Part shown: positions 1-9,601 of the stretch, piece by piece
Numbering within the stretch: position 1 is the first letter of the stretch
Layout: each line of letters starts with the position of its first letter
Origin: Candidatus Sumerlaeia bacterium
GTDB lineage: Bacteria > Sumerlaeota > Sumerlaeia > SLMS01
Length of the DNA: 19,348 nt
Direction of reading: 5' to 3'
Assembly (NCBI GenBank): GCA_038208905.1
Contig: JBBQYG010000062.1
Location: 1-19,348, forward strand
Notes under the pieces: model-generated
What the model saw: only the letters and a program-made list of their open reading frames with translations
Databases searched by the model: none
Told to the model about the DNA's origin: nothing
Program-made: the position numbers and the translations under genes

Positions 1-1
1 G

Positions 2-325
2 TGGGGCCGGTACCGCGCCACTCCACTCCGCAGGTTTCTCGACGAAGCCCACCCGCTCCTCCTCGCCCAGCGCGAGCACCTCCCCCCCGCCGCCCGAGAC
101 ACCCTGGAGCGCATTGTCCTCGGCGACCGGCTGATGTCGTATAGCGATATAGGCGGAGTGGAAGCGGCCTTGCGCCGCCTCTCCGCCGTACTCGCCCGCC
201 GCCCGCCCCTCCACGAGGCGCTCGACGACCTTGCCGGGCAGCGCGACGCCATCGAGGCGGACTTCCAATCGTTCTTCCCGGATCTGGATGCGTTCGCGCG
301 TTCCCTGCGAGCGGCGCGGGAGTGA
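2..325 (+). CDS. acpH: ACP phosphodiesterase (AcpH/YajB, DUF479), C-terminal part; 5' end outside the window
   Basis: Frame is open from position 2: WGRYRATPLRRFLDEAHPLL...LP...RLMSYSDIGGVEAALRRLS...IEADFQSFFPDL. This matches the AcpH C-terminal pattern (W..Y..PL..F, L.SY...G...L.R.S, E.DF..FFP.L). Confidence 0.8.
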   Translation, partial: WGRYRATPLRRFLDEAHPLLLAQREHLPPAARDTLERIVLGDRLMSYSDIGGVEAALRRLSAVLARRPPLHEALDDLAGQRDAIEADFQSFFPDLDAFARSLRAARE

Positions 326-363
326 TAAACGAAATCGCGGCCGGGTCGAAACCCGGCCGCGAT
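324..363 (-). terminator. Intrinsic terminator between convergent acpH and helicase genes
   Basis: 13-bp perfect stem ATCGCGGCCGGGT (334-346)/ACCCGGCCGCGAT (351-363). The loop is TTCG on the minus strand and is followed by TTCGTTTAT. Confidence 0.75.
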
Positions 364-389
364 CATTGCGTCGATTGTCGATCCGGCGG

Positions 390-1637
390 TTACCAGGTCG
401 TGCGCCCGCTGGGGCGGCCACGGCGTCCGCCGCCGGGGCGGAAGGAGCGGGAAGAACCCTTGGGGATGGCGCCGCTGCCACCGGCGGCAACTTCCGCGGA
501 GTGGTAGGGGTGGTTCTCCACCACGGGGATCTCGCGGCGGATCAGCATTTCGATCAGGCGAAGCTGATCGCGCTCGGTCTCGTCGCAGAAGCTTAGCGCG
601 ATGCCGCTCGCCCCGGCGCGCGCCGTGCGGCCGATGCGGTGGACGTAGCTCTCGGGCTCCTGGGGAAGGTCGTAGTTGATGACGTGGCTGATGTCGTCCA
701 CGTCGATGCCGCGGGCGGCGATGTCGGTGGCGACGAGGATGCGGACGGCACCCGACTTGAAGTCGTTGAGGGCGCGCTGGCGCGCGTTCTGGGCCTTGTC
801 GCCATGGATCGCGTCGGCGTTGATGCCGAGGCGCTCAAGCTGGCGGGAAAGGCGGTCGGCGCCGTGCTTGGTCCGCGCAAAGACAAGCGCGCGGGTGATC
901 GCGGGATCCGCGAGGATCTCGCTGAGGAGCGCGAGCTTGTTCTTCTTCTCGATGAAGACGACGCGCTGCTCGACGCGCTCCGCGGGCTCGGAAGTCGGCG
1001 CCACGTTGATGCGCACGGGCTCGCGCAGAAGCGAATCCGCCAGATGGGCGATTTCCTTGGGCATCGTGGCGGAGAACATCAGCGTATGGCGCTGTGCGGG
1101 AATCTTGGCGGCGATACGGCGGATGTCGTTGATGAAGCCCATGTCCAGCATGCGGTCCGCCTCGTCCAGGACCAGTGTCTTCACGCTGGACAGATCGACG
1201 AAGCCCTGCTGCATGAGGTCCATGAGGCGACCGGGCGTGGCGACGAGGATGTGGATGCCGGCCTGGAGGGCCTTGACCTGTGGGCCCTGGCCGACGCCGC
1301 CGTAAACCACGGCATGGCGGACGGGGATGAACTTTCCGTAGGCCTTCACGCTGTCGCCGATCTGCACGGCAAGCTCGCGCGTGGGCGCCAGGATCAGGAC
1401 GAGGGGTTTCTTGGGGAGGAGGTTGGGGCGCTCGATCGCGATGTGGTGAAGCAGCGGGAGCGAAAAGGCGGCGGTCTTTCCGGTGCCCGTCTGGGCGATT
1501 CCCAGAATGTCGGACTTCTCGAGGAGCGGCGGGATGCACTTCGCCTGAATCGGAGTCGGGATCGTGTAGTTCTCTGCCAGCACGGCGCGGAGAATGGGTT
1601 CGGCGAGGTTAAGCTCGGCGAAAGTAGAGATGTTCAA
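390..1637 (-). CDS. rhlE: ATP-dependent DEAD-box RNA helicase (RhlE-like)
   Basis: Q motif (F..L.L...PTPIQ), AQTGTGKT, PTRELA, TPGRL, DEAD, SAT, ATDIAARGID and HRIGRTAR, plus a basic RG-rich tail. TTG start with AAAGGA upstream. Confidence 0.93.
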   Translation of the reverse strand: MNISTFAELNLAEPILRAVLAENYTIPTPIQAKCIPPLLEKSDILGIAQTGTGKTAAFSLPLLHHIAIERPNLLPKKPLVLILAPTRELAVQIGDSVKAYGKFIPVRHAVVYGGVGQGPQVKALQAGIHILVATPGRLMDLMQQGFVDLSSVKTLVLDEADRMLDMGFINDIRRIAAKIPAQRHTLMFSATMPKEIAHLADSLLREPVRINVAPTSEPAERVEQRVVFIEKKNKLALLSEILADPAITRALVFARTKHGADRLSRQLERLGINADAIHGDKAQNARQRALNDFKSGAVRILVATDIAARGIDVDDISHVINYDLPQEPESYVHRIGRTARAGASGIALSFCDETERDQLRLIEMLIRREIPVVENHPYHSAEVAAGGSGAIPKGSSRSFRPGGGRRGRPSGRTTW

Positions 1638-1808
1638 ATGCGGTCCTTTGGGGATGTTTCCGGTAGAGGGTGACCTGATGGGGACGTATGCGTCCTGCCT
1701 GAATCAGGTTGCCGGAAAAATGCGAAGGGGCCGCGTACTCCGGCAAGGAATTTCGATATGGGAGGATAGGTGGTGACTCGATTGGCCGTCGGCACGGTGG
1801 TTGGTGAG

Positions 1809-1885
1809 TGGTCGGGGTGGCGAGACTCGAACTCGCGACCTCACGCTCCCGAAGCGTGCGCGCTAGCCAACTGCGCTACACCCCG
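1809..1885 (-). tRNA. tRNA-Pro (anticodon CGG), CCA encoded
   Basis: Reverse complement CGGGGTGTAGCGCAGTTGGCTAGCGCGCACGCTTCGGGAGCGTGAGGTCGCGAGTTCGAGTCTCGCCACCCCGACCA (77 nt). Acceptor stem CGGGGTG/CACCCCG, anticodon arm CACGC-TT-CGG-GA-GCGTG, T loop TTCGAGT. Confidence 0.97.
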
Positions 1886-1898
1886 ACGCGGGAGTGGG

Positions 1899-1927
1899 AG
1901 AATCACCGGGTCGACCGGGCGCGTCAA
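1899..1927 (-). promoter_or_regulatory. Putative sigma70 promoter of tRNA-Pro
   Basis: TTGACG (1927-1922), 17-nt spacer, GATTCT (1904-1899), ending 13 nt upstream of the mature tRNA 5' end. Confidence 0.55.
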
Positions 1928-2099
1928 GCACGAAGAACAGCCGAGTTGCAGGAAAATCGACACCCTCGGCGGCGTGACTCGGGCTCCCCCTGCGCCAGTC
2001 CCCCCTTGCGTCGCGGCCAGTCGGCGGGCATAAGGCCCCTCCTCCGGGGCCGGGGGAGTTGGGTGGCCCTGGTTATCTCCTCCGACGGGTAACACGACG

Positions 2100-4211
<2,112 letters not shown>

Positions 4212-4239
4212 TCAACGACACGCTGCAAGTAGCAAGAAC

Positions 4240-4280
4240 GCCGGGGAGCAGAGATTGATTCTGCTCCCCGGCTTTTTTTT
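4240..4280 (+). terminator. Rho-independent terminator of aspS
   Basis: 13-bp stem GCCGGGGAGCAGA/TCTGCTCCCCGGC followed by T8. Confidence 0.92.
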
Positions 4281-4321
4281 GTTTAGGACTTAGTCGTCTT
4301 CGTGCGCAACGAAGGCTCCCG

Positions 4322-4500
4322 TTAGCCAGCACTGCGCCAGAGATCGGCTAAAACATCATCGCTCGTCGCAAGCTACGCTTCCAGCCGCTGCCCGTGCTCG
4401 GAGTCACTAGTCCAGCAGTATCTCGCTGAACCCCCTCCTGACAGCGCCGCTTCAGTTCGAGCGCATCAACCCTAAATGCCTCAGATGTCTTGATGCTCAT
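4322..4500 (-). pseudogene. Small partner (putative antitoxin) gene of a PIN module, with apparent frameshift and internal stop
   Basis: ATG at 4500 overlaps the end of the PIN remnant and reads MSIKTSEAFRVDALELKRRCQEGVQRDTAGL, like the recalled 'D.VE.KR..QE....T.G.' proteins downstream of this PIN family. A frame change near 4408 continues SDSEHGQRLEA*LATSDDVLADLWRSAG*. Confidence 0.5.
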
Positions 4501-4606
4501 CAAGAATCGCCTCCCTGGGAGTCCGGATGTCGATCGCCTGATATCCCAAGCGAAAATTGACCGAGTTGACGGAAGTGTCGATGTAGTATCTTGACCGATG
4601 ACGCAC
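4481..4606 (-). pseudogene. PIN-domain (VapC-like) toxin remnant with a large in-frame internal deletion
   Basis: GTG start with GGAG upstream gives MRHRSRYYIDTSV|NSVNFRLGYQAIDIRTPREAILDEHQDI (41 aa). The PIN N-terminal motif (Y.DTSV) is joined directly to the family C-terminal motif (N.VN...GY..I.IR(S/T)PRE). Confidence 0.65.
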
Positions 4607-4701
4607 GCAGCCGCTCCGCGGAAAGGATGCGAGCATGCTATTCGGAACATCGGCCTCTGGCAAGCCCCACGGGGAGTGACGTCCAAAGTTGCGGGCAGAA
4701 T

Positions 4702-4740
4702 GCGAGACCCCCGCCGAGCATCGCTCGGCGGGGGTCTCGC
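4702..4740. terminator. Strong hairpin downstream of tolB, probable terminator
   Basis: 18-bp perfect inverted repeat GCGAGACCCCCGCCGAGC-atc-GCTCGGCGGGGGTCTCGC, 22 nt after the tolB stop. U-tails are weak on both sides. Confidence 0.65.
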
Positions 4741-4762
4741 TCTTCGGTTGCCGGAAACCGAC

Positions 4763-6103
4763 TTAGTTCTTTGCCAAGAACGGTCCCCAAGCCGCGGAGG
4801 TATTGCGCCCGGCGGAGGTGAGCGGGAGTTGGTTGGAGCCGTCGTCCAGCATCATCCAGATCTGCCACTGGCCCGAGCGGTTGGAGGAGAAGGCAAGGTG
4901 CGTTCCGTTGGGGGCCCAAGCCGGGGCCTCGTTGTTGCCCTGGTTCATCGTCAGGCGGCGCAGGTTGGCCTTATCGCCTTCCGCGTCGCAGATATAGATG
5001 TCGTTCGCGCCAGCGCGGCGCGAGACGAAGGCGATGCGGCGGCCATCCGGCGACCAAGAGACTTCGTCGTTCCAAGACCCCAGAGTGGTCAGGCGGCGCT
5101 TGCCGCTGCCGTCGGCGTTCATGACGAACACGTGGACGCCGCCGGCCTCGTTGGAGGTGAAGGCGATCTTGCTTCCGTCGGGCGACCAGCACGGGCTCCC
5201 CTCGGTGGCCTTGGTCGTCGTGACCCTCGTGGCCGACTTGCCATCGCGGCTGGCCGTGTAAATCTCGGAATTTCCATCCTTGCTCAGCACCAGCGCCAGG
5301 CGCCGGGCTGCGGAGTTCCACTCCGGCGAGTGGTTTGTGCCGCCATAGGCCGCGATCGTCCACATCTGGCCGGGGTTAAGCTTCAGCGCCGCGTCGGGCG
5401 TGAGCTGCATGCCATACACGTTGGCGCGGTTCCCATGATACGAGGTGAAGTAGATCTCCGTGCCGTTGGCTCCCCACACCGGCGTGGTGGCCAGCTTGCC
5501 CAGGTTGGTGATCGGGCGCGCGCCAAAGCCGTCCCAGTCCATCGTGGCGATTTCCTTCACGCCGGGGACCTGCTCCGTCACGAAGAGCAGCCGCGTCCGG
5601 CAGACGCCCTCGATTCCTTTGATCTGGAGAATCACCGCATCGGATATCTGGTGCGCCAGGTCGCGGATGCGCTCCTTGCGATCCACGAAGTCGCGGCTTA
5701 GGATCAGACGCTTGGAGTCGATGTCGTACACCAGCACTTGCACCTTGTAGCTCGTCGCGTCCTCGCTGACATTCCCCATCAGGTAGTGCTTCACTCCCAT
5801 TCCGGCCCACGCCTCGAAGGCGATGTTCTTGCGGTTGTGATCGACCATGTTCTGGCGGTTGGCGAGCATCTGGTCCTTTACGTTCTCGAAGAACCCGCTC
5901 AGCGTCAGGTCATTGCGGATGATGCGGGGAAGCGTTTCCATCTCCAGCCCGGTATTGTTGGCGTTGAACCGGACGACGGCGATGACGCTTTTCTCGTAGG
6001 AGTAGGTCGGGCGGACGTTCCACGCGGGGGCCTCCTGGGCACCGGCGGGGCGATAGGCGAGCAGGCAGGCAAGGAGCATCAGGAGCGAGAGGCGCTGGAG
6101 CAT
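4763..6103 (-). CDS. tolB: TolB-like periplasmic beta-propeller protein
   Basis: Sec signal peptide (..AGA|QE), TolB N-domain (IAV..F...II..DL.LSGFF, R.LAHQISD) and repeated PD40 motifs (SPCWSPDGSKIAFTS, SWSPDGRRIAFVS, PAWAPNGTHLAFSSNRSG). Confidence 0.9.
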   Translation of the reverse strand: MLQRLSLLMLLACLLAYRPAGAQEAPAWNVRPTYSYEKSVIAVVRFNANNTGLEMETLPRIIRNDLTLSGFFENVKDQMLANRQNMVDHNRKNIAFEAWAGMGVKHYLMGNVSEDATSYKVQVLVYDIDSKRLILSRDFVDRKERIRDLAHQISDAVILQIKGIEGVCRTRLLFVTEQVPGVKEIATMDWDGFGARPITNLGKLATTPVWGANGTEIYFTSYHGNRANVYGMQLTPDAALKLNPGQMWTIAAYGGTNHSPEWNSAARRLALVLSKDGNSEIYTASRDGKSATRVTTTKATEGSPCWSPDGSKIAFTSNEAGGVHVFVMNADGSGKRRLTTLGSWNDEVSWSPDGRRIAFVSRRAGANDIYICDAEGDKANLRRLTMNQGNNEAPAWAPNGTHLAFSSNRSGQWQIWMMLDDGSNQLPLTSAGRNTSAAWGPFLAKN

Positions 6104-6226
6104 GAGCGGAATCCGTGAGAGAATGAGCGTTCAGAAACGCGGGCGGAACATGCACTGCGCGCGCGCGGTTCACGAGATCAATGGCAATCGCCCCCACGCG
6201 CGCATTGCGATAGACTGGCGCCCGGG

Positions 6227-6691
6227 ATGATCCGTTTGCTCTGGCCGTTCCTTCCCCTTCCCCCGTGGGACGCGCGCTGGGATTCCGCGCGCAAGGGCCA
6301 CTGGGGGGAACGCGCCGTGACCCGGCATCTGTGGAGGCGCGGGTATCGCCCTCTGGCGCACCGCTGGGTCTCCGCCGGGGATTCCGACATCGACCTGATC
6401 ATGGGAACGCGGGAGATGCTCCTCTTTGCCGAGGTCAAGCTGCGCCGCGACGGCGACCCGGAGCCGTGGGCCGAGGTCCACCACCCCGACCGCGTCGCGC
6501 GCCTCCGCGGCGCCGTGGGCGAGTACCTCCGCCACACGCGCCAGACAACGGTTACGATACGCATCGATGGCTATCTGGTGATTCCCACCTTCCTGAATCC
6601 GCGCCAGCCGCGAATCGAGGCGCGCGAGGGATACATCGCGCCGACGGCCGTTCCCGGCTGGAGGGGGATTATTCCCGCAGGCGCCGAATGA
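6227..6691 (+). CDS. yraN: YraN/UPF0102 family putative PD-(D/E)xK endonuclease
   Basis: G.WGE....L.RRGY..LA.RW...DIDLI...LLFAEVKLR...RID pattern. The start codon is uncertain. Confidence 0.8.
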   Translation: MIRLLWPFLPLPPWDARWDSARKGHWGERAVTRHLWRRGYRPLAHRWVSAGDSDIDLIMGTREMLLFAEVKLRRDGDPEPWAEVHHPDRVARLRGAVGEYLRHTRQTTVTIRIDGYLVIPTFLNPRQPRIEAREGYIAPTAVPGWRGIIPAGAE

Positions 6692-7223
6692 CCCGCGCCG
6701 GATTTCCGGCGAGCACGCACCACCCATCGGGGAAGCTCTTCGTCACCACCGCCCCCGCGCCGACCACCGTGTTCTCGCCAAGCTGGACGCCGGGCAGGAT
6801 AATCGCGTTCATCCCCAGCCAGCACCGCGCCCCCATCCGGATCGGCGGCGCCGCAAGCCAGCGGTCGTTCTTCAGCGGATCGTGATTGGCGCTAATTAGC
6901 CCAACACCCGGACCAATGTTGGTGTCGTCGCCAATCTCGATGCCGTTAATGGCCTGAATGTAGCAGTTCGGCGAATCGCCGGGAAACGTGCGCCGCCCGA
7001 GGCGTACCTTCTCAGGCGCGCGCACCGTTGTGGTGATGTGCACCGGCCACCGCACATGATGGTTTATGCCCACCAGTTGACCCAGCCGCCACGCCAGGCA
7101 AAACGGAACCGGGCACCCCGCCGGGAGCCGAAAGATCGCCCGGACAAGGGCCTTGGCGGTGCGTCTCGCGCTCGGCATATCCCCGCGAATCCAGGCGATC
7201 GATTCCTCTCTACTGACCATCAT
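6669..7223 (-). CDS. Hexapeptide-repeat (left-handed beta-helix) sugar O-acetyltransferase
   Basis: IEIGDDTNIGPGVGLISANHD, I.MGARCWLGMNAIILPGVQLGENTVVGAGAVVTKS, AGNPARVIR. Confidence 0.88.
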   Translation of the reverse strand: MMVSREESIAWIRGDMPSARRTAKALVRAIFRLPAGCPVPFCLAWRLGQLVGINHHVRWPVHITTTVRAPEKVRLGRRTFPGDSPNCYIQAINGIEIGDDTNIGPGVGLISANHDPLKNDRWLAAPPIRMGARCWLGMNAIILPGVQLGENTVVGAGAVVTKSFPDGWCVLAGNPARVIRRLRE

Positions 7224-7252
7224 CCCTCGTCCCTCCTACCTCATCCCTGCCT

Positions 7253-8413
7253 TTACTCTTCTTCGTCCTCGTCGTCGTCGGAACCCGCCGATGCCGGAGG
7301 CTTCAGATCCGACAGCTTGATCGGCATCAGCAGCGCCAAGCGCGTCTCCTCGTCCTTGGACTTGAAGACAACCGGCGCCGTCGCGTTCTTGATCAGCATC
7401 TTGAGGTCCGGCGACGCGAAGCGCGACAGCGTGTCGTTCAGGAACTGGTAGTTGAACGCCAGCTCCAGCGGCGCGCCCGTGTAGTCCAGCGAGATCTTTC
7501 CGCTGAACGTGCCGATGTCGTGTGCCGCGGCGGCGAACTGGCAACTGTTGTTCTCGAACTTCAGGATGATCGACTTGTTCTTGTCGTCGGTCACGATGCC
7601 CGCGCGGCGAGAGGCCTGGGTGAAGACGTCGCGGTTCAGGTCGATCGTGATCGGGAAATCCTTGGGGATCACCGTATCGCAGTCGGGATACTTGCCGTCG
7701 ATCCCGTTGCAGCGATAGTGGATGTTGTTGAAGCGGAACGTCACCTGGCGCCCCGCGAACTCAATCTCCACGGGCCCCTCGCTGCCGAGGAACCGGGCGA
7801 GGTTGTCCAGAATCTTGCGCGGCACCACGATGCTGCCGGTTCCCACGCCCTCGACCTCGGGAACGCTGGCGCTGATGCGCGCCAGCTTCTTGCCGTCCGT
7901 CGCCGTCAGGCGCAGCGAATGGTCCGCCAGCTCGAACAACACTCCCAGCAGCACGCGCCGATGGTCCTTCGTGGGGAGCGCGTAAACCGTCGCCTCCACC
8001 ATGTTCTTCAGGGTCTTTTGGGCGATCTGGAACTTCGTCTCTCCGGTGATTGCCGGCCACTCCGGGAAGTCCTCCGCCGGCAGCGTCATCAGCTTGTAAT
8101 CGTTCGTCTCGCACTGCACCTCGACCTTGCGCCCGATCTCCTCGATGGAGACCTCGCCCTGCGGCGGCAGCAACTTCACGATGTCGCGGAACGTATCCGC
8201 CGGCACCGTCGTCCGGCCCGGGCGCTTCACCGTCGCCCCCACGTTCACCGTCACCAGCGCCTCCATGTCCGTCCCGCGGAACGTGACCCCCTGCTCGGAA
8301 GCCTCCATCAACAGGTTCCCAAGGACGGGGAGCGGCCCCGCCGTGCGATCCACGAGGCTGGAAACAACCTGGGCCGCCAGTTCGAGTTCCTTCTGGGGAA
8401 GCGTCACATGCAT
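7253..8413 (-). CDS. dnaN: DNA polymerase III beta sliding clamp
   Basis: PVLGNLL, GTDME, AEDFP, VLLGVLF...ATDGKKLA, IVVPRK, IDGKYPD...IP, AFNYQFL.D, LLMPIK; 386 aa. Confidence 0.95.
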   Translation of the reverse strand: MHVTLPQKELELAAQVVSSLVDRTAGPLPVLGNLLMEASEQGVTFRGTDMEALVTVNVGATVKRPGRTTVPADTFRDIVKLLPPQGEVSIEEIGRKVEVQCETNDYKLMTLPAEDFPEWPAITGETKFQIAQKTLKNMVEATVYALPTKDHRRVLLGVLFELADHSLRLTATDGKKLARISASVPEVEGVGTGSIVVPRKILDNLARFLGSEGPVEIEFAGRQVTFRFNNIHYRCNGIDGKYPDCDTVIPKDFPITIDLNRDVFTQASRRAGIVTDDKNKSIILKFENNSCQFAAAAHDIGTFSGKISLDYTGAPLELAFNYQFLNDTLSRFASPDLKMLIKNATAPVVFKSKDEETRLALLMPIKLSDLKPPASAGSDDDEDEEE

Positions 8414-8570
8414 GGTCGGAGAACACCTCTGGGCGCCGGGGCGGCGTCAACGAATGGCATAGCAGTCAAGTGAGGATGACACCCGAGGGATCGGGAGGTG
8501 TCAAGCGGGCGGAGGGAGCACAGGTCGCGACTCGCGCTCTTTGTGAGCCAGCTTAGGGTGAGGAAGTCGC

Positions 8571-8822
8571 CTACTTCCCCTTCTTCGCCTTCACCTGCGA
8601 TAGCGCCGATCCCGCCGCGCTCTTGGAGTCCTTGCTCGTCCGCCCGTCGCGGAGCACCTTCGACGCAGCTGCCGCCGCCTTTTTGCCGGTGGTCTCCTGG
8701 GGGGAGGACTTCTGTGTGAGGGCGCTGGCCGCCGCCGTCTTGGAGGCCTTGCCGTCGGCCTTGGAGGAGAGAACCTTGGACGCGCTGGTTGCTGCCTTTG
8801 TGCCCGTCTGCTTCTCGGTCAT
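8571..8822 (-). CDS. Small basic Lys/Ala/Ser-rich protein with two ~32-aa repeats (copy A, 83 aa), function unknown
   Basis: MTEKQTGTKAATSASKVLSSKADGKASKTAAASALTQ...TGKKAAAAASKVLRDGRTSKDSKSAAGSALSQVKAKKGK. Paralog of 9602-9874 with mostly synonymous differences. Also in frame with the upstream DUF2283 ORF. Confidence 0.75.
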   Translation of the reverse strand: MTEKQTGTKAATSASKVLSSKADGKASKTAAASALTQKSSPQETTGKKAAAAASKVLRDGRTSKDSKSAAGSALSQVKAKKGK

Positions 8823-8973
8823 ACCCCCCCGCCCGGGCCTGCGGTAAGACCAGAGTGTCTCTGCACTACCTTTCAGTGGGGTGCCGGTCGCCCTTTCCGC
8901 AGGGTGCCTTGGTCGCCCGACCTCCGTCGGGGATGCCCCACGGGCACCCACAGGCTCGTTCTGGGGCTCACTT

Positions 8974-9146
8974 TCATCCCCCCGACGAGCGCGCTGCGAA
9001 ACACTTAGAATCTCGATTCCCACGACCACACCCTGCTCGTTGAAATCAAGAATGACTCCCGGCGCCACCTGCTCCGACTCGATAATTGCCGAGTCCTCAA
9101 GCCGAAGATAGAGGGCATCAGCCTTTTCGTCCATGTGTAGGTTCAT
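8974..9146 (-). CDS. DUF2283-domain protein (putative antitoxin); as sequenced it has no in-frame stop here and reads through to 8571
   Basis: MNLHMDEKADALYLRLEDSAIIESEQVAPGVILDFNEQGVVVGIEILSVSQR matches D..ADALY..L....ES.E...G..LD....G..VGIEIL. ATGA overlap with the DUF4258 gene. The end given is an out-of-frame TGA just after a G6 run. Confidence 0.8.
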
Positions 9147-9394
9147 AGCAGCTTCCTTGCGGCACGGTCGAAGTAAGTTGTAACGACCCTCGGTGGGCTC
9201 GTGGTCCCGTTGAAAATCACCCGCAAGATGCGGTCGCCGTTTTCCGTGATGCGCAGGAAGTGCTGGTTGAGCTCCGGGTCGTCAGGATGAGCCATGATTA
9301 GCTCTGGCGATACGAGCGCTCTCTGGATCCACTCCAACTTGATTCCCCGCTCGGCGATGGCCTTCGCGGCATGTTCGCTCAGTTGATATTCCAT
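9143..9394 (-). CDS. DUF4258-domain protein (putative RelE/BrnT-like toxin), 83 aa
   Basis: MEYQLSEHAAKAIAERGI...ALVSPE...GDRILRVIFN...VVTTYFDR matches S.HA....ERGI ... R.LRV ... VVT.YFDR. AAGGGGG precedes the ATG at 9394. Confidence 0.8.
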   Translation of the reverse strand: MEYQLSEHAAKAIAERGIKLEWIQRALVSPELIMAHPDDPELNQHFLRITENGDRILRVIFNGTTSPPRVVTTYFDRAARKLL

Positions 9395-9601
9395 GACCGC
9401 CCCCTTGTCCAGCGCCAACGTCGCGCGTACCGTCAGCTCTGGATACAAATCCTCCCGCTCGCCCTGCGAAGATCAGGTGGGAAGTCATTCTCGCTATCCT
9501 CAACCGGTTGCCGCGTCAGTATGGGGATGCGCGAGGGCAACGACTGCGGGGAGGGTCGGGGATGGGAGCTCACCTCATACGTGACCGACGAGTGGTTACT
9601 C

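Noticed and set aside
1809-1885. tRNA-Pro as the integration site of an island
   Set aside because: No integrase and no duplicated tRNA 3' end seen; both flanks are housekeeping genes.
4281-4330. Integron attC site (GGCTAAC overlapping the stop codon, small hairpin)
   Set aside because: No matching GTTRRRY R' box or L-box pairing, and no similar sites after the other small genes.
6669-6691. 23-bp convergent overlap of yraN and the acetyltransferase gene
   Set aside because: Short 3' overlaps are common in compact high-GC genomes.
8414-8570. oriC or DnaA-box cluster upstream of dnaN; TTGACA promoter at 8504-8499
   Set aside because: No TTATCCACA-like cluster or AT-rich unwinding element. 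TTGACA has no good -10 at 16-18 nt spacing.
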